Below, piece by piece: positions 13,878 through 27,325 of a stretch of DNA of 64,000 nucleotides (its first letter is position 1; each line of letters starts with the position of its first letter). The DNA is from Octopus vulgaris (lineage: Eukaryota). A model generated the notes under the pieces. That model was not told where the DNA came from and did not search any database. It saw only the letters and a list, made by a program, of their open reading frames with translations. A program made the position numbers and the translations under genes. Where the stretch lies: assembly GCA_951406725.2 (NCBI GenBank), contig OX597835.1:7440001-7504000 (forward strand). The letters run 5' to 3'.

Positions 13878-14286
13878 TTAGTTAAGTTAAGTTAATTTGG
13901 CTCAAAAATCAAAAAGCAAGGCCATGTAGGGGGACATGGAGTTACGTACAGGGTGGTGTTCATGCAAAGAGTTCCGGCCATTTCTGGTCAAGAGAGACCT
14001 TGAACCGAGCGGTCGTCGGCATCTTCACTATCTCGTCCGGCAGCTTATTCCACGGATCTGTAACCCGGACGGAGAAAGCCCCTCTCCTTCGATTGAGATG
14101 AAATCGTCGCAGATAGAGCTTTTCGGAATGACCCCTCAGCCGACGCTCTGGAGCAGGAGTGAAGAACAGCTCTTTCGAGAGGTTACACTTTCCACTTATG
14201 ACGTTGTGAGCAAAAATGAGATCACCACGGCGTCGTCGTTTTTCTAGAGAATAAAGGTCGAACATCAGCCTTTCTTCATAAGACAA
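13878..14286 (-). mobile_element. CR1-type LINE, 5'-truncated (ORF2 C-terminus, 3'UTR, (TTAAC)n tail)
   Basis: SYEERL..LYSLEKRRRRGDLI...LRGHSEKL...FSVRV..WNKLP..V is the typical CR1 ORF2 end. Confidence 0.93.
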
Positions 14287-14696
14287 TCTATTTATTAATT
14301 AATTACAATCGTATATATAAGTTATCAAAATAAATAAGCAAATAAACAAGTAAATAAATAAATACAAATAAATGTATGCGTAAAAAAATACGAAGCATAT
14401 TATGACGGGCTTCTTTCAGATTCCGTCTACGAAATGCACCCATAAAGCTTTTCCGGCCCGGGGTTACAGGAGAAAGCAAGATGCTGTGTAGTGGAATTGA
14501 ACCCGAAACATTGTTATTGGGAAGTGTATGTGTGTGTGTGTGTGTGTGTGTTTGTGTGTGTATGCGCGTATGTGTGTGCCTGTGTCTATGTGTAAGCATC
14601 ATAAAATATGTAAAGATTGAATTAAGATTTTTGTATCTTCGCCACATCCGTTAATATTGCACATGGCGACAATACTGTTACATGTCATATGACGAA

Positions 14697-15196
<500 letters not shown>

Positions 15197-16030
15197 AACG
15201 AACTGCATCATTTGCTTGCAGATCTGCTGAATATTTTAAGTCACTTCCTGAGGTCTGAAAGTAAGCAACTCGAATTTTTTTTTCTAGTATTTTTCTCGAC
15301 ATAACGAAATCACGATAACGAAATCATCTTTTCGTTCGAAATAAAATCTTTTCACAACGAATTTAATGATGTAAAATCATCAAAAATTTAAAAAAAACAA
15401 CAAAAAAAAAACAAATGAGTTTTAATCAATTTTCCTTGCAATTCTTTAAGTTTCAGCTTTCCTACTTTTCGTATTTAGTCTGACTCGATTTAATCTACAA
15501 TGTTTCTCGTACTTTAGGGGAAAAATCTGTAAGAAACGTTGAGAAAAATCAAATACGATAATTTCATTAAAGTTTGTAATTTTTCAATGAATTAATTTAG
15601 ATTAACTTCATTATTTCATTAAAGCTCCCATGTTAAATCTGTTAATTATCTTTATCGCCCCTTTTATATTTACCTTATGTACGCTACACACAGAAACATG
15701 GGGAAACTCGTATGAGGGTTAATAATATTTATTAGGTAACATGGGTGAGCTGGCAGAATTCTTAGCAAGCCGGACAAAATACTGAGCGTCATTTCGTCCG
15801 TCTTTATGCTCTACATTGAAATTCCGCGCACATTCAGTATACTTTTCATCCTTTCGGGGTCGATAAAATAAGTACCAGTTGAGTACTGGGGCCGATGTAA
15901 TCGATTTACCCTGTTTCCCAAATTTTCAGGCCTTCTGATAAAATTTGAAGCAATTTTTATATAAATGCATCAGGCAAGAATGTTCGTATGCCGGAGAAGA
16001 AGCTTAACGACATCTCGTTAAGCTTAATGT

Positions 16031-16392
16031 GTGGAGGCGCAATGGACCAGTGGTTAGGGGCAGCGGACTCGCGGTCGTAGGATCCCGGTTTCGATTCCCA
16101 GACCGGGCGTTGTGAGTGTTTATTGAGCGAAAACACCTAAAAGCTCCACGAGGCTCCGGCAGGGGGTGGTGGTGATCCCTGCTGTACTCTTTCACCACAA
16201 CTTTCTCTCACTCTTACTTCCTGTTTCTGTTGTGCCTGTATTTCAAAGGGCCGGCCTTGTATTTCAAAGGGCCGGCTGAATATCCCCGAGAACTGCGTTA
16301 AGGGTACACGTGTCTTGGAGTGCTCAGCCACTTACACGTTAATTTCACGAGCAGGCTGTTCCGTTGATCGGATCAACCGACGGAGTGCTTCC
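16031..16392 (+). mobile_element. SINE family A with internal rearrangements, nested in an old SINE C
   Basis: TSD aagcttaatgt; SINE C sequence continues on both sides. Confidence 0.92.
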
Positions 16393-16589
16393 AAGCTTAA
16401 TGTTCCGAGTTCAAATTCTGCCGCATTCGGTTTTGCCTTTCATTCCTTTCAGGGGTTGATAAAATACGTACCAGATGAGCACTTGGGTCCATGTGATAGC
16501 CTTAACTCCCTCCGCGAAATATCTGGTCTTGTGCCAAAATTTGATATCAGTATTTATTAAGGTAGCATAGAAAAGAGGCCAGTGGCTGA

Positions 16590-16790
16590 TTCGTTAGCAC
16601 GCCGGAAAAAAATGCTTAGCGGCATTTCGTCCGTCACTAAGTTCTGAGTTCAAATTCCGCCGAGGTTGACTTTGCCTTTCATCTCTTTCGGGGTTAATAA
16701 AATAAGTGCCCAGTTGAACACTGGGGTCGATGTAATCGACTAGTCCCCTGCCCCCAAATTGCTGCCCTTGTGGCAAAATTTCAAACCATT
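16590..16790 (+). mobile_element. SINE family C with (ATT)n tail
   Basis: gagttcaaattccgccgaggttgactttgcctttcatc domain. Confidence 0.85.
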
Positions 16791-16804
16791 ATTATTATTA
16801 TTAT

Positions 16805-16874
16805 TCATGTCACTACCTGGAATCGAACTCGGATTCTTGGGGTTAGTAGCCCACGCTCTTAACCACTACGTTAC
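16805..16874 (-). pseudogene. tRNA-like mini-element (A/B boxes) running directly into (AAT)n
   Basis: rc cgtagtggttaagagcgtgggctactaaccccaagaatccgagttcgattccaggtagtgacatgaataataat; anticodon-arm-like ggg-ctactaa-ccc. Confidence 0.6.
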
Positions 16875-17555
16875 TATATTGTTGGTAACCGTTTAGTAGT
16901 AGTAGTAGTAGTAGTAGTAGTAGAAGTAATTGTCATCCTCATCACCGTCGTTGTTGCTATCATCGTGGCCGTTGGCTTCATCATCATCATCATCATCCTC
17001 ATCATCATCATCATCACCATCATCACCATCATCACCATCATCATCATCATCATCATCATCACCACCAAAGCGACCGTCGTTGTCATCGTAGTCGTTGTTC
17101 TCCTGTTATCCCTCTTCCCTGACTCCCCCTCCTCTTACTCCTCCTTCCTTACTCTTCTCCTCTTACTCCTTCTCATCGTCATCATCACCTTCATCATCAT
17201 GGTCATCATTATCATTATCATCATCGTCATCGTCCTCAACATCGTCGTCGTCGTCGTCATGATCATTTTTATCAACACCATCATAATCACCATCATTATC
17301 GTCCTTCTCTCCTCCCTCCTCCCTCCTCTTCATTCCCCTCGTCATCTGTTTCATCATGTTCCTCCTCATCATCATCATCCGTCATCAGATAGCATCCACT
17401 CTAAACAAGGTTAAATGCCATTGGTCGATATCTTGGTCTCTCGTGTAACTGTCCTTATAAATTCCCTGTAATTTAACTCTGTCCATTTCGCGATATTATC
17501 TTGGCACGGAATTCTTGTTCCACCATCAACACCACTGCCACAAGAACCCAATCAT

Positions 17556-17617
<62 letters not shown>

Positions 17618-17746
17618 CGTACATTGGAAGAAAAAGAAATTTACTGACATTCTATGGAAACGTTTGAACAAATTTTCCTGCTTTTCCTTAAGAATGTTTC
17701 TTAATGCTGTTACTACTAACACCACTACCTCTGCTGCTGTTATACT

Positions 17747-17802
<56 letters not shown>

Positions 17803-17835
17803 TCACAAATACTACAGCAGCTGATGATGCTACAC

Positions 17836-17895
<60 letters not shown>

Positions 17896-17904
17896 AGCGA
17901 TTAA

Positions 17905-18497
17905 CTTTTTCTACTCTAGGCAAAAGGCCCGAAATTTGGGGGTAGAGGGGTCCAGTCGACTAGACGGGCCCTAGTACGCAAGTGGTACTTAATTTATCCA
18001 CCCCTAAAGGATGAAAGGCAAAGTCGACCTCGCCGGAATTTGATCTCAGAACGTAAAAACAAACGAAATACTGCTAAAGCATTTCGCCCGGCGTGTTAAC
18101 GTTTCTTATTTCTTTAATGTCCACAAGGGGCTACACACAGAGGGGACAAATAAAGAGAGACAAATGGATTAAGTCGATTATATCGACCCCAGTGCTTAAC
18201 ATGTACTTATATAATCGATGAAAGATAAAGTCGACCTCGACTGATTTGAACTCAGAACGTAGAGACAGACGAAATACCTATTTCTTTACTGCCCACAAGG
18301 GGCTAAACATAGAGGGGACAAACAAGGGCAGACAAGACGATTACATCGACCCCAGTGTGTGACTGGTACTTATTTAATCGCGCCCGAAAGGACGAAAGGC
18401 TAAGTCAACCTCGGCGGAATTTGAACTCAGAACGTAGCTGCAGACGAAATACCGCTAAGTATTTTGCCCGGCGTGCTAACGTTTCTGCCAGCTCGTC
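17905..18497 (-). mobile_element. SINE family C, tandem/compound copies
   Basis: Three repeats of the gaaaggcaaagtcgacctcg domain. Confidence 0.85.
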
Positions 18498-18521
18498 ACT
18501 TTACTATATATATAATAGATT

Positions 18522-18914
18522 GTGGAGGCGCAATGGCCCAGTGGTTAGGGCAGCGGACTCGCGGTCATAGGATCGCGGTTTCGATTCCCAGACCGGGCGT
18601 TGTGAGTGTTTATTGAGCGAAAACACCTAAAAGCTCCACGAGGCTCCGGCAGGGGGTGGTGGTGATCCCTGCTGTACTCTTTCACCACAACTTTCTCTCA
18701 CTCTTACTTCCTCCTTCTGTTGTACCTGTATTTTCAAGGGGCCGGCCTTGTCACTCTCTGTGTCACGCTGAATATCCCCGAGAACTACGTTAAGGGTGCA
18801 CGTGTCTGTGGAGTGCTCAGCCACTTACACGTTAATTTCACGAGCAGGCTGTTCCGTTGATTCGGATCAACCGGAACCCTCATCGTCGTAACCGACGGAG
18901 TGCTTCCAACAATG
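18522..18914 (+). mobile_element. SINE family A
   Basis: Full length; TSD taatagattgt. Confidence 0.95.
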
Positions 18915-19304
18915 TAATAGATTGTTTAATAAATTACAGAAACAGCTGTTAAGACAAATAGTTTCTCATCAGATATCATTAGTGTGCAAGCAAAGGCGGC
19001 GAGCCGGCAGAGCGGCAGAGCTGGACGAAATGCTTAGCGGTATTTCGCTCGTCGTTACGTTCTGAGTTGAAATTGCGCCAAGGTCGACATTACCTTTCAT
19101 CCTTCCGGGGTCGATAAAAGGAGTATCAGATGATTACTGGGGTCGCTATAATCGACTAATCCCCTCCCACAAATTTCAAGTCTTGTGCCTATAATGAATA
19201 GGATTATTGCGCACACGCACACATTCACACAACTACACACACACATACACAACCACACACATAGCCACACATGCACATACATACACATATACATATGTAT
19301 GTAT

Positions 19305-19552
19305 ATATGTATAGGCTGTGGTCGGCCTGAGTCTATAGTACAAGACACTTACCCAAGGTGCCACGCAGTGGGACTGAACCCGGAACCATGTGGTTGGGTA
19401 GCAAGCTACATATCACACAGCCACTCCTGCGCATACATATGCATACATATAGGCACAGGAAACACATGATCCCGGGTTCAGTCCCACTGCGTAGCACCTT
19501 GGGTAAGTGTCTAGTACTATAGACTCAGGCCGACCACAGCCTATACATATAT
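19305..19552. repeat. Inverted duplication of a SINE B head
   Basis: 19305-19390 is the near-exact reverse complement of 19463-19550. Confidence 0.88.
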
Positions 19553-20038
19553 GGAGATTTTTTAAGCAGTGAAATAATTATTTTGTTTCTTGTTTTATTT
19601 TAGAATTTATGGGAGCTATTGTCGTTTGAATGCTCGAAATGAGGAGTAGATAGACAGCCGACAACTGACGAAGGGAAGGGTCCTTTTTCTGTGTTAACTT
19701 GTCCTGCTTTCTATTTTTTCTCGTTGTTTACGTATTTCACTTGTTTTTGTCCTGTAATTACAGGCCACGTCTTGTATCTATCTCTCGTGTGTATGTTGTT
19801 TGCACCGTTTGTGACGTCCTGTACACATATATGCATGTATGTCACCGTCACCGTGACCGACTAGGCTATTAGATATTGCTACACATCGCTGGACACAATG
19901 CGCTTTGCATTGTTTTAGCCTTTAAATGACGCCACCCCGCTGGCTAAGCGAGCAGGCCCATATGCATGTATGTGACCTCGTCTGTATCACTAGCGATTTT
20001 TTTCCCCTGTCTTCCCTTCTCGGGATCTTTCCTTCTAT

Positions 20039-20073
20039 GTTTCCGACGAAGAGCTCCGCTCGAAACGTCAAAC
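20039..20073 (+). ncRNA. Minimal type I hammerhead-like motif (CCGACGA core)
   Basis: gttt CCGACGA a GAGC tcc GCTC GAAA cg TC aaac; helix III reduced to the ACGT palindrome. Confidence 0.72.
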
Positions 20074-20461
20074 CCTCCTTCTTCCCTTCTTTCCTGAGCG
20101 TCCAATAATACTTTATTTGTTCCACGTCCTTGCGTTGTTGTTTTTTTGTTTTTGTTTTCTTGTTTGGATTAACTTTATATGTATATATATATATATATAT
20201 ACGACGGGCTTCTTTCAGTTTCCGTCTACCAAATCCCCTCACAAGGCTTTGGTTGATCCGAGGCTAGAGTAGATATATAAGACACTTGTCCTAGGTTCTA
20301 TGTCGTGGGGCTGAACCCTGGAACATATAGTTGGGGAAGCAACACGTTTATTTCAGTTTTCCTCGAAGAAATTCGCTTACAAAATTTTGGTAGGCCCCGA
20401 GGTGCCATGCAGTGGGACTGAACCAGAAATACAAACAATTTTTTTTAAAAAAAGGATAGAA

Positions 20462-20494
<33 letters not shown>

Positions 20495-20987
20495 AACGAA
20501 CAAAAGGAAAAGGATGGGAAGGACAGAAAAGAAAGAAGATAGAGAGAAAGTTAGGAGACTATTGATTCGAAAAATAAAGAAGACAATTATTGAGTTATAT
20601 GATCCCAGCAATTTCTTTCTTTCTTTCCTTCTTTCCTCATCTCTCTTTCTTTCTTTCTCCCTCTTCCTTTTCTTCCTTCTTTCTCTTTTTCTATTTATTT
20701 GTTCTCTTATTTCTGCAGTCGCTTCTATAAATCTAATATTAACCACCCTCCTAACCTCCCGATCTCATGAAAACAGAAAAAAAAAACCGCTCATCTTTCG
20801 CCTTCGTAGCACAGAAGCATATATTATACGAATGATAAATCGTAGCGATGCTGAATAACTTCCTGTTTTGTTTTGTGTTTGGCTGAGGAGAAAGAGAGAG
20901 AGAGGCAGAAACAGAGGCAGCAAGACAGAGAAGCAGGTGTTAATGCAGAGCTTTTTTAAGTTTAGAAATTCTGAGACATTTTATATA

Positions 20988-21389
20988 TTTTTATATATAA
21001 AAGTGAAGTTGTGTGAGTGTCTGTCTCCTACGATTTAGATTCCTAACTACTCCCACATTTTGCGGTGCAGTTTAACCAAAACCGGGTATCTTATAGTCGT
21101 GATTCATATCGAGCCCTTCTGGGTATTAGCGCGCGTCTACGATGAGTCTACGATTTTAAAAATAATTTACCATCTTTTTTTTCCATTTTAATGCATTTTT
21201 TCGCTATTAAAAAAAAGGGAAGTAACTCTAAAAATGTCTACGATGAGTCAACGATTTAAAAAAAATTTTACCATCATTTTTTTTCGATTTTTAATGCATT
21301 ATTTTGCTATTTTTTGGCTATAACTCTCTAAAAATGCTTATATAGTTATACCCCTTACAAACCCGAGCAACGCCGGGTGATAGTGCTAG
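20988..21389 (+). mobile_element. Non-autonomous Helitron (type E1)
   Basis: 3' hairpin cccgagcaacgccggg then CTAG, inserted at A|T; second copy at 50671. Confidence 0.88.
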
Positions 21390-21414
21390 TTCTCTATAAT
21401 TTATTAAGTTTTAG

Positions 21415-21838
21415 GGCGGCGAGCTGGCGGAATCTTTAATGCAATGTACAAAATGCATAGCGGTATTTCGCCTGCCGCTACGTTCTGAGTTCAAATTCCG
21501 CCTAGGTCGACATTGCCTTTCATCCTTTCGGGGTCGATAAATTACCTACCAGTTGCGCACTGGGGTCGATATAATCGACTTAATCCGTTTGTCTGTCCTT
21601 GTTTGTCCCCTCTATGTTTAGCCCCTTATGGGTAGTAAGGAAATAGATATTTCGTCTGCCGCTACGTTCTGAGTTCAAATTCCGCCGAGGTCGACATTGC
21701 CTTTCATCTTTTCAGGGTCGATAAATTAAGTACCAGTTGCGCACTGGAGTCGATATAATTGACTTAATCCGTTTGTCTGTCCTTGTTTGTCCTCTCTATG
21801 TGTAGCCCCTTGTGGGTAGTAAAGAAATAGGTATTTCT
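21415..21838 (+). mobile_element. SINE family C, head plus 2 tandem units
   Basis: ggcggcgagctggcggaatc head; body repeated with junction aaatag|(g/a)tatttc. Confidence 0.9.
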
Positions 21839-21953
21839 TCTGTTCTTAAATATATTAATAGTAAGAAAGTTTCCGATATCAATGTGGCTAAATAGTGTCA
21901 GTAGAAGTGCACCCAGAATTCATGTCTTGTGTGCGGACCCGGCCTCCTTAGAC

Positions 21954-22170
21954 CAGCGCTGGAGGAACCATTAAGCAAAATAAGCAAGTGCTTACGGCAT
22001 CAAAGGAAGTGGAGCGGGGAGTACCACAGAAATGATAATTGGTTTACGGCACAAAAGAAATCACTTGCTAAAATAACATGAGGATGCCTTATCTCTACTA
22101 AGTATAGAAGCGGATGAGTTACGTAAGATTAATTTTGAGGATCTGATCTAAGACTTAGACGATCAGCAAT
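21954..22170 (+). mobile_element. hAT transposon relic
   Basis: cagcgctgg TIR-like start; ALSLLSIEADELRKINFEDLI resembles the end of the hAT C-terminal dimerisation domain. Confidence 0.6.
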
Positions 22171-22990
22171 AATACTCCAACAATTACAGTATAGCCAGTA
22201 TTTAAACTGTTGTGCATTCGAAATCGGAGACTTATTAACCCTTTTTTATCCCACTGTCCTCGTTTGAGGAGAGGTTTATTTGGTTTTCTTACTGCAATAA
22301 AGGTTAACTGGACGCTTCCGTACGTTTGTTATCCCTATTTATATAACTATCTTCAAACTCTCGACAGGGTTACCCTGGGTTAAAATAGTTTAATAATATA
22401 ATTAAAAGGTAAGGCAGCGAGCTGGAAGAATAGTTAGCATACCGGGAAAAAAGTGCGTAGCAGCATTTCGTCCGTCTTCACGTTCTGAGTTCAAATTCCG
22501 CCGAAGTCGACTTTGCCTGTCAACCTCTCAGGGTCGATAAAATAAGTACCCGTTGAGCAATGTGGTCAATGTAATTGGCTTACTCCTTTCACCCGTAACT
22601 GCTGGCCGTGTGTCAATGGTTGAAACAAATAATTTAATCAAAAGGCGATAAAAAAGTTGAGTACTGGGGTCGATGTTATCGACTTAAACCCTCTCACCTG
22701 AATTTCTGGCTTTGAGCCAAAATTTGAGGCCAGTTTAAATAGCTTCCTTTGCTAATAATCGGAAACAGATATTCTTCAAATAAAAAGAACTAGACTTCTA
22801 CAGCAAATTGTATGAAATGAGGTCGTAGGAATAATATAAAAATGCATTATCGCAAGAACTTTGATGGCCTTAAATTCAACATATATTAGGTATGTCCCCA
22901 TCCCTCATCCTTTGATAGCTGGTGGTGGTTTGTTTACATTCCCGAGACGTAAGTGTATGTATGTATAAATATATATATATATAGATATAG

Positions 22991-23022
<32 letters not shown>

Positions 23023-23259
23023 ATATGTGTATGTATATATATATATGTGTGTGTATATATATATGTATGTATATATATGTAGGTATATATACATACGCAA
23101 ATGTGTGTGTATTTATATATGTATGTGTGCGTGTCTGTATGTATGTATGTATTGTATGTATGCGTGTATATGTTCTGTGTGTGTATGGTGTGTATTATGT
23201 ATGTATGAACGTACTTTTATGAGTATGTATGTATGTATTAGTGTATGTATGTATGTATG

Positions 23260-23306
<47 letters not shown>

Positions 23307-23720
23307 TTATATATATATATATATATACACGCACACATATGTATGTATAAATGTATAAAATGTGTGTCTTCACAATTCACTATACATGTCAAAAAAGATA
23401 TTCTTGTGCAGCATAGATTTCAGTTTCAAAGTGTTTATCCTTTTTTCCAAAGACGTTTATATTCCTTTAGAAAAATATTACAAGCAGCAAATGCTTGCTC
23501 ACACTCCCTCATACACATGCACACATACATAGAGACATGATCGCACGCACACAAACACACAACAGACGTCCATGCATGCGTGTAGACCGAGAGGGCTGCT
23601 ACAGGCTCCTCTCCCTCTTACATATGTAGATATATTTATATATATGTATATATTATATATATATGTATATATGTATATATATACACATACATATATACAT
23701 ATATATACATACATATACAT

Positions 23721-23817
<97 letters not shown>

Positions 23818-23819
<2 letters not shown>

Positions 23820-24019
23820 CCATGATTCGTTAGCTACTGCACGCATTTTTTTCTCTCCTTCTTTCTGTGTTTTTCTCTCTGTGTATCTTTCTGTTGAAGA
23901 GCGTAGGCTCGAAACGTTAAAGACTTGTTTTATTTATATTTCCTGAGCGCCATACTATACAATTGTTCGTTTGTTTTCCACCTGCCTTCGTCTTTTGTTT
24001 ATTTTCATAAAGCTTCCCG

Positions 24020-24020
<1 letters not shown>
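23818..24020 (+). mobile_element. About 200-bp hammerhead-bearing element between two (TA)n tracts
   Basis: Sharp (TA)n boundaries; contains the motif at 23886-23923. Confidence 0.7.
23886..23923 (+). ncRNA. Minimal hammerhead-like motif (CTGTTGA core)
   Basis: tcttt CTGTTGA a GAGC gtag GCTC GAAA cg TT aaaga. Confidence 0.68.
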
Positions 24021-24088
<68 letters not shown>

Positions 24089-24266
24089 TATATATACATA
24101 CGCAAATGTGTGTGTATTTATATATGTATGTGTGCGTGTCTGTCTGTATGTATGTTTGTATGTCTATGTATGCGTGTATATGTTCTGTATGTGTATATGT
24201 GTTTTTATCTAGATATGTGTGTATGGTGTGTATTATGTATGTATGAATGAACGTCCGTTTTATGAG

Positions 24267-24315
<49 letters not shown>

Positions 24316-25704
24316 CAGATCGATAAATTAAGTACTACTTATGTATTGAAGCTGATTAAATCAATTAGGTCGTAACATTTCCAGAAGTCTAAACGTTCAA
24401 TGAAACGAGTTTTGTATTATTTAGAGTTTAGCTGTCGTACCTTGAAAACAATTCTTGCAGGAGTTGATTTTCCTATTCTTCAAGGCTGATTTTAAGAAAT
24501 ATAAACCGGTAATGTACATTCTTGTATTCATGTGATCCTTGATATATATCCTAGATACAAACAATTCTATTTCTAATCAACGTTTGGAAATCCTTTTCTA
24601 CGATTCTACACAATTTTGCACTTTCACAGCTCAAAATCAACCGATATCTATACAATTTTCACTTTTAAATTTCACTAAATAGCAAGAATATTACTGCAAG
24701 CCACTTCATAGAAAAAGGAAAAAAAAACTAAAAGAAACATTTTGAAATCGTGTGTAGTTTCTAACAATTTTCTGTCGTTTTCTGGAAAGTTCTTACGTTT
24801 GCTTAACAAAAAATACGAACATCAATAGAATATTTTTAATAAAGCTAGAATATAAAAGCATTTGGAGTGAAAATGAATAATTAAATGAATTCTGGTGCCA
24901 ATAAACAGTAATTTCTATAATTTCACCGTAAATTCCATGTTTACTGTCTACTTCAGAAACACGTAATTCCAGCACATAGATGCGTTTCTAAATCATAAGA
25001 TACGATTCTGAAAAAATCTTTATTTTTGCACTCATTATTTGCGTATATTGATGTTCGTGTAATCAAAGTATATTTTCTCGTCTTACATTTTCTTTGCTAT
25101 AGAATAGACATAGGCAAGATGGTGAACGCTGTTACTTCTTCTTATCTTCATTGCTTATCAATTGCTCTCGTTTAGATGCATTCGAATATATTTAACTAGT
25201 TTTTTTTTCTTCTTTTTTATCAATCAGATATTTTCATAAGATATTTTCCTCGTTTGCGCATGACATGTGCATGTGAATCGTATGCTTTTTTTTGCGGTCA
25301 AATTAGCTGTTACGCAAGCAGTATCAAATTATGGTTGTCTCTTGTAGTCTGAGGAGGACGGTTCTGCAATGTTACTTTGCCTTTCATTCCTTTCGGGGTC
25401 GGTAAAATAAGTACCAGTTGAGAAGGTATCGAATAATTTGTTTTTCCGCTTCCCCTATATTGCTGGCCTTGTGTCAAGATTTGAAAGCAATATATGTTAG
25501 GGATGCGAGCTGGTATAATCGTTTTTACCCGGCGTGCTAACGGTTCTGCCAGCTTCCCGACTTGAAAAGCTTTGATCACAATCAAAACTCATTAGAAATA
25601 TAAACCTCGGTAGAGTCGTTCCATGGCTAACAGACCTACTAGAAATAGTAGCCAGATAGCCTTCGAATTACATCCAGTTAAAAAAGAGAAGGATACATTA
25701 CATT

Positions 25705-26103
25705 GGAATGGAATGGAATGGAAGCACTCCGTCGGTTACGACGATGAGGGTTCCGGTTGATCCGATCAACGGAACAGCCTGCTCGTGAAATTAACGTGCA
25801 AGTGGCTGATCACTCCACAGACACGTGCACCCTTAACGTAGTTCTCGGGGATATTCAGCGTGACACAGAGAGTGACAAGGCCGGCCCCTTGAAATACAGG
25901 TACAACAGAAAGAGGAAGTAAGAGTGTGAGAAAGTTGTGGTGAAAGAGTACAGCAGGGATCACCACCACCCCCTGCCGGAGCGTCGTGGAGCTTTTAGGT
26001 GTTTTCGCTCAATAAACACTCACAACGCCCGGTCTGGGAATCGAAACCGCGATCCTATGACCGCGAGTCCGCTGCCCTAACCACTGGGCCATTGCGCCTC
26101 CAC
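25705..26103 (-). mobile_element. SINE family A with (CCATT)n tail, apparently inserted into an older repeat
   Basis: TSD gatacattacatt. Confidence 0.95.
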
Positions 26104-27144
26104 GATACATTACATTATGTATCCCATGATAGACAACGTCCGAGAACAGCACAGATTAGTTATAGCTGAAACGACTTTGCTCAGCGATTCGATTAGTTAG
26201 GTCTGACATCGAATAAAACAACACAAACAACAGTTAGAACTTCCATGTGAAGCATGGAATCAAAACAGAACTCTCATTACAATATTTAAAACAAGCTCTG
26301 GAAGCTAATATGAATTTTTCTAGTTCCTCTATTTGTGTATATTGCTTAAATCATAAACAGAACCAGAAATACATAAAAAAAAAAGAAATTGGATTCTAGG
26401 CAACGAACGGAGAAGATCGATGAGAATATCAAGAACAAAGATAAAAAAAAATAAATTAGAGTGTTTCGCTTTTTTTATGTTATGAAATTTATAAGAAAAT
26501 TTTAAACGAAATATGATATGTGTAAAGATATGCCGGAAAAAAATTTACCTGAGACGTTAATAATTTTTATCATTTTTTAAATCAATTCACTTCGGTATAT
26601 ATTTCATGATTAGCATAGGCATATCAATATCCGTTTTCTGATCGAAAAATATAGAATGTACTCATACATTTCTAGAACTTAGCATTTACTTAAAAGAAAT
26701 TTATGTTAAACCTAAGCTTGAAAATTCAGAGTTACAGATGATTTTTTTTTTATTGCCGTGTTCTAGATATCCTGGCTTACAGATTAAATAAATATCCGAG
26801 ATGCTTTTCCCTACGTAGAGACAACAGGAGATACTCAAAAAATATATTGCAATCTCTTCTGAGGGTGATAAAAGCTATTGCAATGTTGGAAACCCTTCCG
26901 AATAATCAGCCGGTATTTCAGAGTCATAAGCATTTCGCCCCCTTCTTCTGTATATTTCACCTTACTCAGCAGCGAGGAACGCATTAACTCTCTCATGCAG
27001 AAGGGTTTCACCTGTAATCCCTTGTCTATCACAGCCAGCTTCAGCTGGTTTTAGCTGCCACAACTATTTCCATGATGGAGTTTTCGGTTGATTGGGTTTC
27101 ACACTGGAAATAGCGCACCGACATTACTAAAAAAAAACAAAAAA

Positions 27145-27325
27145 CTGCGGCCAATTTCCGTAAGGAATGCACCTTTGAAAAGAACCTCATCAACGTACTC
27201 CTCATATTTGTTTTTATTCAGCTTCTGAGAAACGGTCAGTTTGCCCTCCCAGGACGTGGTGAGTTCAAATCCAATGGTTTGTTTTGCGCCATCAAAATAC
27301 TTGGATGGTTAAGTTTCTCTAATTT
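27145..27325 (-). pseudogene. Restriction-like endonuclease relic of an R2-group (HERO-like) non-LTR retrotransposon
   Basis: Minus strand reads KQTIGFELTTSWEGKLTVSQKLNKNKYEEYVDEVLFKGAFLTEIGRSF; compare ELTVPWE...K..KY..L...EVG.RGF. Confidence 0.65.

Noticed and set aside
18930-18972. Minus-strand CTGATGA followed by a GAAAC/GTTTC stem
   Set aside because: No GAAA/UH half of the hammerhead core. CTGACGA at 19665, CTGATGA at 29697(-) and GAAACTC..GAGTC at 29532 are similarly incomplete.
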